A stretch of 64,000 nucleotides of DNA. Source: a virus. The notes below the pieces were generated by a model. That model had not been told where the DNA came from. It saw nothing but the letters and a program-made list of their open reading frames with translations, and searched no databases. The first letter of the stretch is position 1. Each line of letters opens with the position of its first letter. Where the stretch lies: IMG/VR virus record IMGVR_UViG_3300031088_000759. The stretch is one strand, 5' to 3'. A program made the position numbers and the translations under genes. Positions 41,387 to 51,389 of this stretch are shown piece after piece.

Positions 41387-43060
41387 TCAAAACAAAGTTG
41401 TCTCATCATCTTTTTTATCAGTATCTTCAAACACTTTCACTGGAGATTCCTCACGTCTAATCACAGGGATTTCATCAACCTCAACTAATTGACTAATCAT
41501 TTCATCAATTTCAGAAGTTAATTGAGCAATCTTAGCCTCAGTTTCTTTAATCTCTTGTGAAACTTCATCAAGATCAATAATAACTTCATCTTCTGAAACA
41601 TCCACATAGCGAGTAATATTCAAATTACTGTCATTTTTCTTGATCTCATCACTATCCGCTAAATGACCGAACTTTTTAATAACCTTACGTTCTTTATAAG
41701 CAGTCATAATAAATTCCAGATGAGAATCATCAAGATAGTTCTGGTTTTTACCCTTAGTAAAGTTTTTTGAAGCATCAATAAACATTACACCATCATCTTT
41801 TTCACGTCCTTTTTTAAGAACAAGAACAACAGTAGGAATGCCAGTACCGAAGAACAACTTCTCAGGCAATCCAATAACAGCATGAATAGCATTCTCTTTC
41901 AACAACCATTCACGAATAGCGCCCTCAGCACCACCACGGAACAAAACCCCATGAGGAAGAACAATAGCTGCCACACCATCTTCATTATTCAAGTGGTGCC
42001 AACAATGTTGAACAAACGCAAAATCAGCTTTATCCTTCGGAGCCAGTCTACCACTGTTGACAAACCTAGGATCAGTCTCCAATTCCTTTGTATGTTTCCA
42101 CTTAGCAGAATATGGTGGATTAGCACCAATAGCATCAAAATATTCATCAACGAATTCATCATCTGTAAGAGTATTATTATTCTTGATAGTAAACTTGTTC
42201 CATCTTTGCCCATGCATAATCATATTCATTCGAGCAAGATTAAATGTTGTAGTGTTTAATTCTTGACCAAAGACTTTAATATGATTATTGGATTTTTTAA
42301 CATTATGCAAAACTTGTAGAAGTAAAGAACCGGAACCACAAGTAGGGTCATATACACTACTCATATCAGGTTTCTCATATGCCAAGATTTGTGAAACAAG
42401 TGATGAAACTTGCTGTGGAGTATAGAATTCTCCACCTTTTTTACCAGCTTCAGAAGCAAAGTTAGCGATCAAATACTCATAAGCATCACCAAGAACGTCA
42501 ATACTGCTATCTTTCAGATGGAAGTCAATTTTAGCAATTTCAACAATAACTTCTGCCATTTTGTTGTTTCGTGATTGGATACTGAGTCCCAGTTTATTAG
42601 AATGAAGATCCATATCATCAAACAAGTTAGCAAAGGCTTCTACTGCTTTTTCATCTTTTGGAGATTCTTGCAATCGGTTAAACGCTGTATGTAAATAATC
42701 AACACTCCATTTACCTGTTCCACCTTTATGAATTTCTTTGAGAACATTCCTGTATAAATATTCGGGCTTAATAAGATATCCAAAATCTTCAATAATACTT
42801 TCAGCTAAGTCTTCTTCTGTTTCCCATAATTCTTCATATGATGTCTTATCTGAGTATATGTCAAGAAGTTCATTTTCAAGGCTTTCGCTAAGGTATTTGT
42901 AAAAGATTGTACCAAGCATATACTTACTATATTCGGAAGAGTCCATTTGCCCTCTTAAAAGGTCCGCTACAGCCCATAGCTGGCGTTCTAAGACGGCTGT
43001 TTGCTGTGCTTTAGTAAGTTTATGGTCAACCTTCATTAAGTCGATTTCAGGGCTTGTCAT
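41387..43060 (-). CDS. hsdM: Type I R-M methyltransferase subunit
   Basis: LWAVADLLRGQMD, LGDAYEYLI..FASEAGKKGGEFYTP, YDPTCGSGSLL, ANPPYS, VLPHGVLFRGG. Confidence 0.97.
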   Translation of the reverse strand: MTSPEIDLMKVDHKLTKAQQTAVLERQLWAVADLLRGQMDSSEYSKYMLGTIFYKYLSESLENELLDIYSDKTSYEELWETEEDLAESIIEDFGYLIKPEYLYRNVLKEIHKGGTGKWSVDYLHTAFNRLQESPKDEKAVEAFANLFDDMDLHSNKLGLSIQSRNNKMAEVIVEIAKIDFHLKDSSIDVLGDAYEYLIANFASEAGKKGGEFYTPQQVSSLVSQILAYEKPDMSSVYDPTCGSGSLLLQVLHNVKKSNNHIKVFGQELNTTTFNLARMNMIMHGQRWNKFTIKNNNTLTDDEFVDEYFDAIGANPPYSAKWKHTKELETDPRFVNSGRLAPKDKADFAFVQHCWHHLNNEDGVAAIVLPHGVLFRGGAEGAIREWLLKENAIHAVIGLPEKLFFGTGIPTVVLVLKKGREKDDGVMFIDASKNFTKGKNQNYLDDSHLEFIMTAYKERKVIKKFGHLADSDEIKKNDSNLNITRYVDVSEDEVIIDLDEVSQEIKETEAKIAQLTSEIDEMISQLVEVDEIPVIRREESPVKVFEDTDKKDDETTLF

Positions 43061-44156
43061 TGTTTTCTTCTTCCTGTATGTTTTCTTTCGATCTTGTTTC
43101 TTGTTTTTCTATTTTAGCAATTTTTTCTGCCTTTTCATACTCTTCAAGAATAGTTTCAGTTACCACATTATCAACTTCCACTGCTTCTAACTGCTCATCT
43201 TCTAAAGTGATATTTATGTTTGCTAATGATAGCTGTATATCTTCTAGCATTCTGGAAGGTTGCCTTACTATTGTGATTATATCTTGTCCTGTTTGTGCAA
43301 CAAAAAAGACTAACAAGAGTGAGTTTAATCCCACAGCAGCGTCTTTTTGAGTTATAAAAGTTTTTGTAGCTGATAAATCGTTCATACTAAGAGGATGGGG
43401 AGTAATGTATTTTCCATGTGAAACGTCATTTCTGTTCTTATTAAAATAGCTTTTAAAGTTTGCTATAATTATATTTTGTAGGTTATTAGGTAAATTTACA
43501 ATAGTTCCCATTATCGCATTAGCAAAAGCTTCAGAATTGATATCTTCCGTTGTTTTGCCCTTTCCACGCTTAAATTTATTTTTATCTCTATTGTCAATCT
43601 CCGCAAACATATGTCCTATTATGTTTTCAATTGCTGCAAAGGAAGTCAACAAAGATGCCAAATAGTGCCCAGATTCATAGGCTAATATTGCTTCTTTAAT
43701 ATATTGATTTTTAAATAATACACTTCTTTCTTGACCTTTTAAATAATCTTGCAGTGAAATAATCATAAACTCATCTATAGTCGTTTTAGAGTCATCAAAT
43801 TTTTTGTGAACTATATTAGACAACGGGTACCATCCTTCATCAAAAAACGAATCTGTTTTATCTTCAAACAAAAATAACTCAGTCTGATACTTGGCAACTT
43901 TTAATACATTTTCATTTAGCATTTGACCCATAGCTTCATGCATATTTACCATAGCATCATTGTATGGTTTATAATCTATTAATTCGTCTAGAACCTTAGT
44001 AAGTGTTGGAGCTTGTTTAGTCATATCCGAAAAAACAGAATCCGGAATTTGAGAATATAACTGCTCAATTATTCCCGAAGCTTTTATTGCGCGTCGTATT
44101 TTTAAAACTTGTTCTTTAGTTAAGGTTTCTGGGTCTTCTTGATCTTGTTCTTTCAT
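43047..44156 (-). CDS. Putative HEPN-family RNase inside the hsd operon
   Basis: EAILAYESGHYLAS..AAIE helix followed by RNDVSH (R-x4-H); abuts the hsdS stop and overlaps the hsdM start. Confidence 0.6.
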   Translation of the reverse strand: MKEQDQEDPETLTKEQVLKIRRAIKASGIIEQLYSQIPDSVFSDMTKQAPTLTKVLDELIDYKPYNDAMVNMHEAMGQMLNENVLKVAKYQTELFLFEDKTDSFFDEGWYPLSNIVHKKFDDSKTTIDEFMIISLQDYLKGQERSVLFKNQYIKEAILAYESGHYLASLLTSFAAIENIIGHMFAEIDNRDKNKFKRGKGKTTEDINSEAFANAIMGTIVNLPNNLQNIIIANFKSYFNKNRNDVSHGKYITPHPLSMNDLSATKTFITQKDAAVGLNSLLLVFFVAQTGQDIITIVRQPSRMLEDIQLSLANINITLEDEQLEAVEVDNVVTETILEEYEKAEKIAKIEKQETRSKENIQEEENNDKP

Positions 44157-44157
44157 C

Positions 44158-44739
44158 TCAACCTAACATCCTTTGCATATAACCTTGTTTTTCTTGTTTT
44201 AATTTTTCCATTTTGTTCAATTCTTTTTCAATACGATTGTCCAAACTTGTCAAAAACGACGCAATTTTTTCTTGTTCAGGAAGAGAAGGAAGGTTTATTT
44301 TGAAATTATCTAAGTTAGGCTTACTGAACTTAGGATAAGTAGTTCCATCAATATAAAATTCTTCAATGTTATCAATTACAATCATCATCAAGAATTTAGT
44401 TAGGGCTTTTTCAATATCCTTAGAAGACAACACAACATTGTTAGAGCTTACAAAAGGTCCATTCACATACTTGAGATTAGCATATCTTGCTCTTCCCATT
44501 GTGAACACTTCCTTATTTGTCACAAAGCTTTTAGCTGTTTCAACGTCCGTTGTCCAATTGTAGTTTTTAGAGCTGGGAAGAAGCCTTACTTCATTAATAT
44601 CATTTTTTAACTCTTCAAGCTCGTTAGCCGAAAGCTGCTTGATTTTTGAATTATAATCAAGCAATTCACCCAATTTCTTGATTTCCCAATCTGGATAATC
44701 AGTTCCATCATCGTTTTTAAATCTCAGGCTCCTATATTG
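44158..44739 (-). CDS. hsdS: Type I HsdS 3' half (second TRD), out of frame after the poly-G tract
   Basis: Frame upstream of the called TTG reads QYRSLRFKNDDGTDYPDWEIKKLGELL; ends PSLPEQEKIA..KQGYMQRM. Confidence 0.9.
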   Translation of the reverse strand, partial: QYRSLRFKNDDGTDYPDWEIKKLGELLDYNSKIKQLSANELEELKNDINEVRLLPSSKNYNWTTDVETAKSFVTNKEVFTMGRARYANLKYVNGPFVSSNNVVLSSKDIEKALTKFLMMIVIDNIEEFYIDGTTYPKFSKPNLDNFKINLPSLPEQEKIASFLTSLDNRIEKELNKMEKLKQEKQGYMQRMLG

Positions 44740-45389
44740 CCCCCCCCCCCGAGGATTCGTTGCATATAGCCTTGCTTCTCTTTTTTGCGCAACTCAATCA
44801 GCTTAGCTTGTGCTTCAATTTTTTCGTCAATCTTAGACAAAAGTTCAGCAATTTTAGTTTGCTCAATTAGACTAGGAATAGGGATGCTAATTTTACTCAA
44901 TGTTCCCAAATAAATTCCAGCCTGCGCAGAAACAACTTTCTTAGAGTCTAATGTTTTCTGTGTTTTGTTAGATTGAAGATAAGCGTGTAAATAGTGGTTA
45001 TGGAGGATAGATTGCTTGACTCTTAGTATAGCAACGCTTCTTTGGAAAGCTAAATTTTTCGGACTTTCTACAATAGCAGCTCTACCTATTGTGCCAACCA
45101 CTGTTAATAGTACATCACCTTTTTCTAATGACCAATTTGAATACATCTTTTTATAATCGGATAAAGAAATTCTTCTGTCATCATCAGAAATAACAATTTT
45201 ATTATTTTTTATGTTTTTAGCACTCAATAAAAATATATTGCTTTCTTTATACTCCTTATGAGAACCATGCGTTCCATCTTTTAATAGTTCTAAACTTTCC
45301 TCTAAGTTGCTACTTACCCATTCAGGATAAAACTCACCATCTTCGCCAAGAAACCGCAATTTCTTTACATCATTCTCTTTTTCAACCAT
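44724..45389 (-). CDS. hsdS: Type I HsdS 5' half (first TRD), truncated just after the G11 tract
   Basis: KLRFLGEDGEFYPEW, DGTHGS, PSLIEQTKIA..KQGYMQRILGGGG then a premature stop. Confidence 0.92.
   Translation of the reverse strand: MVEKENDVKKLRFLGEDGEFYPEWVSSNLEESLELLKDGTHGSHKEYKESNIFLLSAKNIKNNKIVISDDDRRISLSDYKKMYSNWSLEKGDVLLTVVGTIGRAAIVESPKNLAFQRSVAILRVKQSILHNHYLHAYLQSNKTQKTLDSKKVVSAQAGIYLGTLSKISIPIPSLIEQTKIAELLSKIDEKIEAQAKLIELRKKEKQGYMQRILGGGGNIGA
44740..44750 (-). repeat. G11 homopolymer (simple sequence repeat) at the hsdS inter-TRD junction
   Basis: 11 consecutive C on the + strand in an otherwise AT-rich window; G9 or G12 restores the frame. Confidence 0.92.
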
Positions 45390-45433
45390 TTCAAAACCTT
45401 TCATAAAAATAAGACAAAATTAACAAAACTTGA

Positions 45434-46012
45434 TCAAGTCAACAAACGCTGCATATATGCTTGTTTAAGCTGTTTAGTGTTCTCCAGCGAATCTTCTTCT
45501 AACTCAATTCTTTTATCCATTTTTGACAAAAGATTAGCGATTTTTTCTTGTTCAGGAAAAGAAGGGATTAGAATTTTTAAATCAGTCAACGTTGATAGTC
45601 TAATATATTTTAATGTGCTGCCCATTTGCTCTGAACGAATAGCTTTCTCAAGATTATCTTTAATCGTTGTTTTTAGATAATTATGTTCAAACTCATCAAG
45701 GTTTTGAAGAACGTAAACTCTTTGATAAGCATCAAATTTATTGTCATAATACTTTACATCGCCAATAACACCGTTTCCAGCTATCAATAAAGATGGCCCC
45801 TCAAAAGAATATTTGTTAATTTTTGAAATATTGGAAGAACAAGTGTAAAAATTATACTCACCATCCATAGAAGCTTCATTAGCATCTCTTTTTCCCGTAG
45901 TAAAAGTAACTTTAGTTTGACCTAAAAGTTTTTCTTCCCATTCAGGATAATTCTCACCATTCTCATTCATAAACCTCAACTTTGAGAAATCTTCTTTTAA
46001 CTCTTCAACCAT
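45434..46012 (-). CDS. hsdS: Stand-alone single-TRD HsdS half-subunit
   Basis: KLRFMNENGENYPEWEEKLLG, FDAYQRVY, PSFPEQEKIA..KQAYMQRLL*; own RBS and stop. Confidence 0.92.
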   Translation of the reverse strand: MVEELKEDFSKLRFMNENGENYPEWEEKLLGQTKVTFTTGKRDANEASMDGEYNFYTCSSNISKINKYSFEGPSLLIAGNGVIGDVKYYDNKFDAYQRVYVLQNLDEFEHNYLKTTIKDNLEKAIRSEQMGSTLKYIRLSTLTDLKILIPSFPEQEKIANLLSKMDKRIELEEDSLENTKQLKQAYMQRLLT

Positions 46013-46152
46013 GTTTAATAAGCCTTTCAACAGTGTTTATTTTCAATATCTATCTTAACAAAAAATAGCATTCAATGATTGTCGATTATCTTGTAAAAAC
46101 TTGATATATACATTGTGTAAGTATATTTTATAGTTCATAAGGAGGTGAAACA

Positions 46153-46314
46153 ATGAATGAAAATTTAACAACATCACTATTTGATACGTCTATTTTATTA
46201 GAACCATTTTTAAATCTAATAAAAACTCCCGAGTATCTTCTCTTTTTGCTACCACCATCCGCAATAGTAGTATTTAAATATACAAGAAAGAACCTTACAA
46301 AAATCACTAGATAA
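46153..46314 (+). CDS. 53-aa small protein on the opposite strand within the hsd locus (not in ORF track)
   Basis: AAGGAGGTG RBS; MNENLTTSLFDTSILLEPFLNLIKTPEYLLFLLPPSAIVVFKYTRKNLTKITR*; hairpin at ~46347-46385. Confidence 0.6.
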   Translation: MNENLTTSLFDTSILLEPFLNLIKTPEYLLFLLPPSAIVVFKYTRKNLTKITR

Positions 46315-46400
46315 CAAGGTGATCAAAATGATAAACAATACCGACAAAAATTGACTTAAAACATCTTTTGTTTTAAGTCAATTTTCTATCTACAATATTC

Positions 46401-47381
46401 TCAGACTTTACTACTCAGTAAAGGTTTAGACCTAAAATCAATTTCGTCTGAATAGACTATTTCAGAGACTCCATTAGCGCGTTTCGTTACAGTTGCCTTT
46501 ATTTTTAACACATTACATACTTTTACAACCTTAAAAAATATTTTCTCGGTACCATTAATTCTGTTAAAGAAGTATAAGTCTTCAGATAACTGAGTATACA
46601 GATCAGAGCTTTTATTTGGATCTGGAGCGCTGAAAAAAATCCCATAATTCTTGTCATCACGCATTTTAATAAACTTGTTCATAAAATCATTGTTTAAGCT
46701 CAACTGTTTCAGCCAATCATTATACGCCCTGAAACAATTTTTATTATCAATAACATTACCAACAGAGTCTACAAACCTGAACGTATCGTTTTCTTGTGTT
46801 GATACTACACCTTCAATAAGGCTTACAGCATCTCTCATAGGATTAGGGTTCAAGTCAAGAAAAGCTGAAGAAACACGAATACTAGAACCATTTTCGGACA
46901 CTTTGTTAAACAATTCTACATGAGCATAATTCTCAATTACATCTTCAGCAGTAGACCACAAAGATTCAGCAATATCTTCTGAATATTCATTAATATGTCC
47001 ACTATTACCCGGTGATACATTATCCGTATCAAAATGAGCATTTTTAAACTTCTGAATTAGATTCTTTTCAAGATAATTTAACTGAGTCTGATCCAAAGAA
47101 TTATTGGCATGACCAAAGAAGATAGCACTATTCCACCAATCCTTCTCTCTATCATGAGTCTTTAAACGTTCTATTATCTTTTTAGCTTGACCCACATAAA
47201 CTTTATTTCTGTCATTGTCTCTTAAAATGTAAATTCCAGCTTTTTCAGATTGTTTAATATTTGACAAAAGAGGCAGATCTTCACGTTCAAACATCACAAC
47301 ATGAACAGGCTCTTTGATAAAAACTTGTATATCATCTTTATCCCTTGTGTTCTTTTCCCATATAATCATATGCCTTGACAT
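46401..47381 (-). CDS. GIY-YIG nuclease family protein
   Basis: AGIYIL..VYVGQA..ERLKTH..KDWW..YLEKNLI..N. Confidence 0.88.
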   Translation of the reverse strand: MSRHMIIWEKNTRDKDDIQVFIKEPVHVVMFEREDLPLLSNIKQSEKAGIYILRDNDRNKVYVGQAKKIIERLKTHDREKDWWNSAIFFGHANNSLDQTQLNYLEKNLIQKFKNAHFDTDNVSPGNSGHINEYSEDIAESLWSTAEDVIENYAHVELFNKVSENGSSIRVSSAFLDLNPNPMRDAVSLIEGVVSTQENDTFRFVDSVGNVIDNKNCFRAYNDWLKQLSLNNDFMNKFIKMRDDKNYGIFFSAPDPNKSSDLYTQLSEDLYFFNRINGTEKIFFKVVKVCNVLKIKATVTKRANGVSEIVYSDEIDFRSKPLLSSKV

Positions 47382-47395
47382 TTATTCTCCTAAAA

Positions 47396-50317
47396 TCATT
47401 TTTCTTCAATAAATAATTCATCAAACTTTTCATAAACAACACCAGCAAAATCGCGCAAAGTTGTATCGTCAAGCAATGCTTCCTGCTCAACTTCCTTATC
47501 ACGACTCAAAAACTCATCTCTAAAGCCTTTAAAAAACTTGATCAAACGCAACTTAGGCATAACCCTGCCCTCATGTTTACGATAGTCAACCATTTCTTCA
47601 ACCAGAATATAAGGAATCTTCATATCATCAGCAAATTTTTCATAAATCATAGAACGCTGACGATTCTTCTCAACCTCTAAACGTTCAAACATTTCATCAA
47701 CAGTGTTAATCTCATCATTGCGAGCTGCATCAAGAACACGCTCAATAGCATCACGATTCTGTAAAATTTCAGGATCCGTAGCATTACGCAAAACTTCCTC
47801 ACAATGGCGCAACCAACGATCACGCTCAGAAGGAGGAGAAGCCACAAAATTATTCAACAATTTAAGAATATACTTATACCCAACAATCTCACCATCAATA
47901 GTAGAAACAGCGAAATCAATATCCAAATCTCTCTTAGGATCATCAGGATCAACAGGCATCAAACGACGCTTAGCCAACTCAATATTCGAAGAATAATAAT
48001 ATAACTCATCCTTAGATGTTCCAGCCCTTGAATACCCTAAATCCTCATTCCACTCAGGATAAACACGAATTCCTGAAATAACACCCGAAACATTTCGATA
48101 AGACTGAACAACTTTCTTCAAATCCTCAACTGTAGCAATTTCGCCAACATCCTCAGGAACAAAAACTAAATCCTTCAAATCAGAAACATAGTCTCTAAGT
48201 TTTTTCTCCATTTGCCGGAAAGAAGTAAAGTCAATAATTTCTTCAATGTTTTCAGCAGTTCCAAAAAGCATAATAGACTCTTTAAAAGCTTCCTCCATAT
48301 TACGATCACTAAACAAAACAACATTACCAAAAGGCTTTTTAGAACCAAACACCCGATTCGTTCTACTAGCTGCCTGTAATAAACCATGCGTCTTCAAAGA
48401 CTTATCCAAATATATAGTATTAATATACTTATTATCATAGCCAGTTAAAAGCATGTCTGAAACAACAACCATATCTATCTCACCATGCTTTGAACGCTCC
48501 ACCAAATCGCTTAGGTGCTTTTCACGCCCCAGTGAAACATCAATATCAAAAACTTCAACCAGACTTGTTCCAAAATCTTTATCATATGCTTCAATGATTT
48601 CTCGATACTTCTCTTCTTCAGTAATACCTGAATCTCCCCACATACGATTCTGCTCTAAACTAAAGATAATAGCAGTCTTACGGTTTTCTTTACCAAATAA
48701 TTCACGAATAATTTCCCAGTACAAAACCGCGCTCTGCTTACTATCCGCAGCTAACATTGCCGAAAAACCTTCAGTGAAATTGTCTTTAACATTATCCAAC
48801 TGAAGAGAATGATTCTTGAACTGTTTAACAATCTCATAAGCATTTGCAGAAATACGTGAATGATTACCATAATAAGCCGCATTGCTCATCTGGCTTAGCT
48901 CTTCTTCATCAATACCCAAAGGTTGAACATTTAAATTAAAAAGTTTAAAACCTAAAACTGATTTATCACGAATAGCTTCAGTAATTGTGTAGATATGTGC
49001 TGATTCGCCAAAAGTTATCTGAGTCATAAGATTCAACTTAGGTGCATTTGCTTCAAGCAAAGGTGTCCCTGTGAAACCAACTAAACGACATTTTAGAATA
49101 TTTCTTTTTTTGTCCATGAAGGTTCTTTTAAGATTAGCAAACATTTCGCCTGATGTAGAACGGTGACATTCATCAACTAAAATTACAACATTTCCCGAAT
49201 CCGCTAAACTAACAGCATCTTTAAATCTACGCTTATCAACCAACCATTTATTAAAACTTTGAATAGTAGTAATTACTAATCTCTCTTCATCATCATTCAA
49301 AGCATTGTGTAAATCAGTTCCCTTGACTAGATCTTTAATTAGCCCCGTTGTGTCAAATGTTTTAAACTCACGTGTGGTCTGCTCAGCTAGATCATTTCGG
49401 TCTAGAAGCATAATAACTTTTCTGCCTTCTGCAGCTAAAGTTTCAGCTGTCTTAAAAGAAGTTAATGTTTTTCCTGAACCTGTTGAGGCACTAATGTAAG
49501 TGTTCATTCCTCTGTTTAAAGTAGAAATAATCTTATGAACAGCATGTATTTGATACGGGCGCATAACTATAATTTGTTCAACAGGTAAAGCCTTCATTAA
49601 CATGTAGCTGAACAATATTTGAACTAAATTATCTCTGTTATAAAAGTCATTAACAAATGTTTCAAGCTTATTGACAAAACGGTTATCTTCATCCATCCAT
49701 GTAAAAGCAAATTCTCCATAACTTGCTCCTCTATCAACACGCGGATCAACACTAAAGTACCTTGTTTCAACCCCATCAGTAGCAGCAAATAATTGCATAA
49801 AGTTTAATAAATCTTGATGGTAGATACCATTGTTTGTATAACGATTAATTTGCCCAATTGCTTCTTCTACTCCTTTTGAGCCACCAGGTCGTTTCATCTC
49901 AATATTAGAGATAGGAACACCATTTACTAATATGACTAAATCTAAACGATTAGTTTTAAACCCTGTAACAATTAACTCATCAGTTATTTGAAAAACATTA
50001 TTACTTACATTCAACTTATCAATGAACTTTATAGAAACTCTTCGGTTGTTATCAAGAACAATAGATACTCCATTGCGAAGAATTTGAAACGCTTCAGAGT
50101 GATTTTTAGGATACGCATTTCTCAAACGTTCAAATTCAGTATCAGAAAGTTTTCTATTTTGAAGAACTTCTTTGTTCAATCGGTTCATTTGTACCCTAAA
50201 ATTATCATCAAGCTTAGGGCTGTTGCCTTGTAGTTTTATATGAGATCCCAAATAATCGTACCCAAGCCTTTTAAATACTTGTATAAGATTATTTTGTATC
50301 GTTTTTTCAAGAGTCAT
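47396..50317 (-). CDS. hsdR: Type I restriction endonuclease/translocase subunit
   Basis: RLDLVILVNGVP..IEMK, MRPYQ, STGSGKT, DECHR, GFTGTP, MLLTGYD, QAASRTNR. Confidence 0.96.
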   Translation of the reverse strand: MTLEKTIQNNLIQVFKRLGYDYLGSHIKLQGNSPKLDDNFRVQMNRLNKEVLQNRKLSDTEFERLRNAYPKNHSEAFQILRNGVSIVLDNNRRVSIKFIDKLNVSNNVFQITDELIVTGFKTNRLDLVILVNGVPISNIEMKRPGGSKGVEEAIGQINRYTNNGIYHQDLLNFMQLFAATDGVETRYFSVDPRVDRGASYGEFAFTWMDEDNRFVNKLETFVNDFYNRDNLVQILFSYMLMKALPVEQIIVMRPYQIHAVHKIISTLNRGMNTYISASTGSGKTLTSFKTAETLAAEGRKVIMLLDRNDLAEQTTREFKTFDTTGLIKDLVKGTDLHNALNDDEERLVITTIQSFNKWLVDKRRFKDAVSLADSGNVVILVDECHRSTSGEMFANLKRTFMDKKRNILKCRLVGFTGTPLLEANAPKLNLMTQITFGESAHIYTITEAIRDKSVLGFKLFNLNVQPLGIDEEELSQMSNAAYYGNHSRISANAYEIVKQFKNHSLQLDNVKDNFTEGFSAMLAADSKQSAVLYWEIIRELFGKENRKTAIIFSLEQNRMWGDSGITEEEKYREIIEAYDKDFGTSLVEVFDIDVSLGREKHLSDLVERSKHGEIDMVVVSDMLLTGYDNKYINTIYLDKSLKTHGLLQAASRTNRVFGSKKPFGNVVLFSDRNMEEAFKESIMLFGTAENIEEIIDFTSFRQMEKKLRDYVSDLKDLVFVPEDVGEIATVEDLKKVVQSYRNVSGVISGIRVYPEWNEDLGYSRAGTSKDELYYYSSNIELAKRRLMPVDPDDPKRDLDIDFAVSTIDGEIVGYKYILKLLNNFVASPPSERDRWLRHCEEVLRNATDPEILQNRDAIERVLDAARNDEINTVDEMFERLEVEKNRQRSMIYEKFADDMKIPYILVEEMVDYRKHEGRVMPKLRLIKFFKGFRDEFLSRDKEVEQEALLDDTTLRDFAGVVYEKFDELFIEEK

Positions 50318-50464
50318 TTGTTTTTATAATCCCATCGTGGCGTAAAACACTTTTATTTACTATATATTATCAAAAAAACAATTATTCAAATACCATTAAT
50401 AGCCAACACTAAGTAGACAAACCCTAATGTTGGCTATTAATATTTAGTCTTTACGCAAAACGCA

Positions 50465-50608
50465 TCATCGTTTTCTTTTGTTTCTTTTGCCCTTTGCTTT
50501 ACGGTCATCATCTTTGTTCAAGTGTTTATCAACTTGATCAAGAACAACTTTCAAAACTACAGCTTGAACAACAGGAACAACAATCATTTTTACTAATTTC
50601 TTCTTCAT
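50465..50608 (-). CDS. 47-aa basic small protein (not in ORF track)
   Basis: AGGAG RBS; MKKKLVKMIVVPVVQAVVLKVVLDQVDKHLNKDDDRKAKGKRNKRKR*. Confidence 0.55.
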   Translation of the reverse strand: MKKKLVKMIVVPVVQAVVLKVVLDQVDKHLNKDDDRKAKGKRNKRKR

Positions 50609-50692
50609 AACGAAATCTCCTAGCGTTTGTATTTTGTGCCCTAAAAAAGGATATCAACTATCAACTATTCTATCAATCCATAGGAACAACAA

Positions 50693-51337
50693 TCAATTCG
50701 TCAAAAACTCCAAAGCTGCTTGTTCTTTTTTCTTCAATTCTTCTGCCTTTGACCACTCAATCAAATTATTCTCCAACAATCTTAATTCATCAACAGCATC
50801 TTTATATTCTTGAACAATAAGACCAACTTTCTTCTCCACATCCGCATAAATTGAAGAATTCTCATCCGTATCTTCTAAAACCTTTTCAGCTTCTTCTCTT
50901 CTCACCTTTAACCTGGAAACTTCAACAGATTTATCATGCAATTCAAAAACTTTATTCACAGATAAATACTTCAACAACTCAGCATCAAAAAAAGATGAAA
51001 AGCTCTCTTTTGCTTCGAAGAAATTAAGAATCATTAATGCAGCAAGTAATGTAAAACAAGCAACAAGAAGTGAAATTACAAAAATTAAAGTACTATTAAA
51101 ACAAATAGCTAATAATGAACCAAGGATTATAGATGGAAGCATAAAAACACCTATATTCTGAAGAGAAGGATTTTTCATAAAATTTTGAAATCTCAATTTA
51201 GAATAATTCTTCCTATCAAATTCACTTAGCCTAGCCTCACCATAACCATAACTAACCACTAAAGTACGACCATCTTTTTCAAATTTCTTCACAGTAATTA
51301 TCCTCTCAAAACAAACACTACATATATTCATAAACAC
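50693..51337 (-). CDS. Membrane protein with coiled coil
   Basis: Two TMs and a coiled-coil tail. Confidence 0.6.
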   Translation of the reverse strand: MFMNICSVCFERIITVKKFEKDGRTLVVSYGYGEARLSEFDRKNYSKLRFQNFMKNPSLQNIGVFMLPSIILGSLLAICFNSTLIFVISLLVACFTLLAALMILNFFEAKESFSSFFDAELLKYLSVNKVFELHDKSVEVSRLKVRREEAEKVLEDTDENSSIYADVEKKVGLIVQEYKDAVDELRLLENNLIEWSKAEELKKKEQAALEFLTN

Positions 51338-51389
51338 AAAGTTTTTAAAACCTTTTCACTAACATCTTCAATTCACAGCCCCGCAAAAA

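Noticed and set aside
44158-46030. Invertible hsdS shufflon
   Set aside because: All hsdS segments are co-oriented, and no flanking inverted repeats or recombinase were seen; the SSR explanation fits better.
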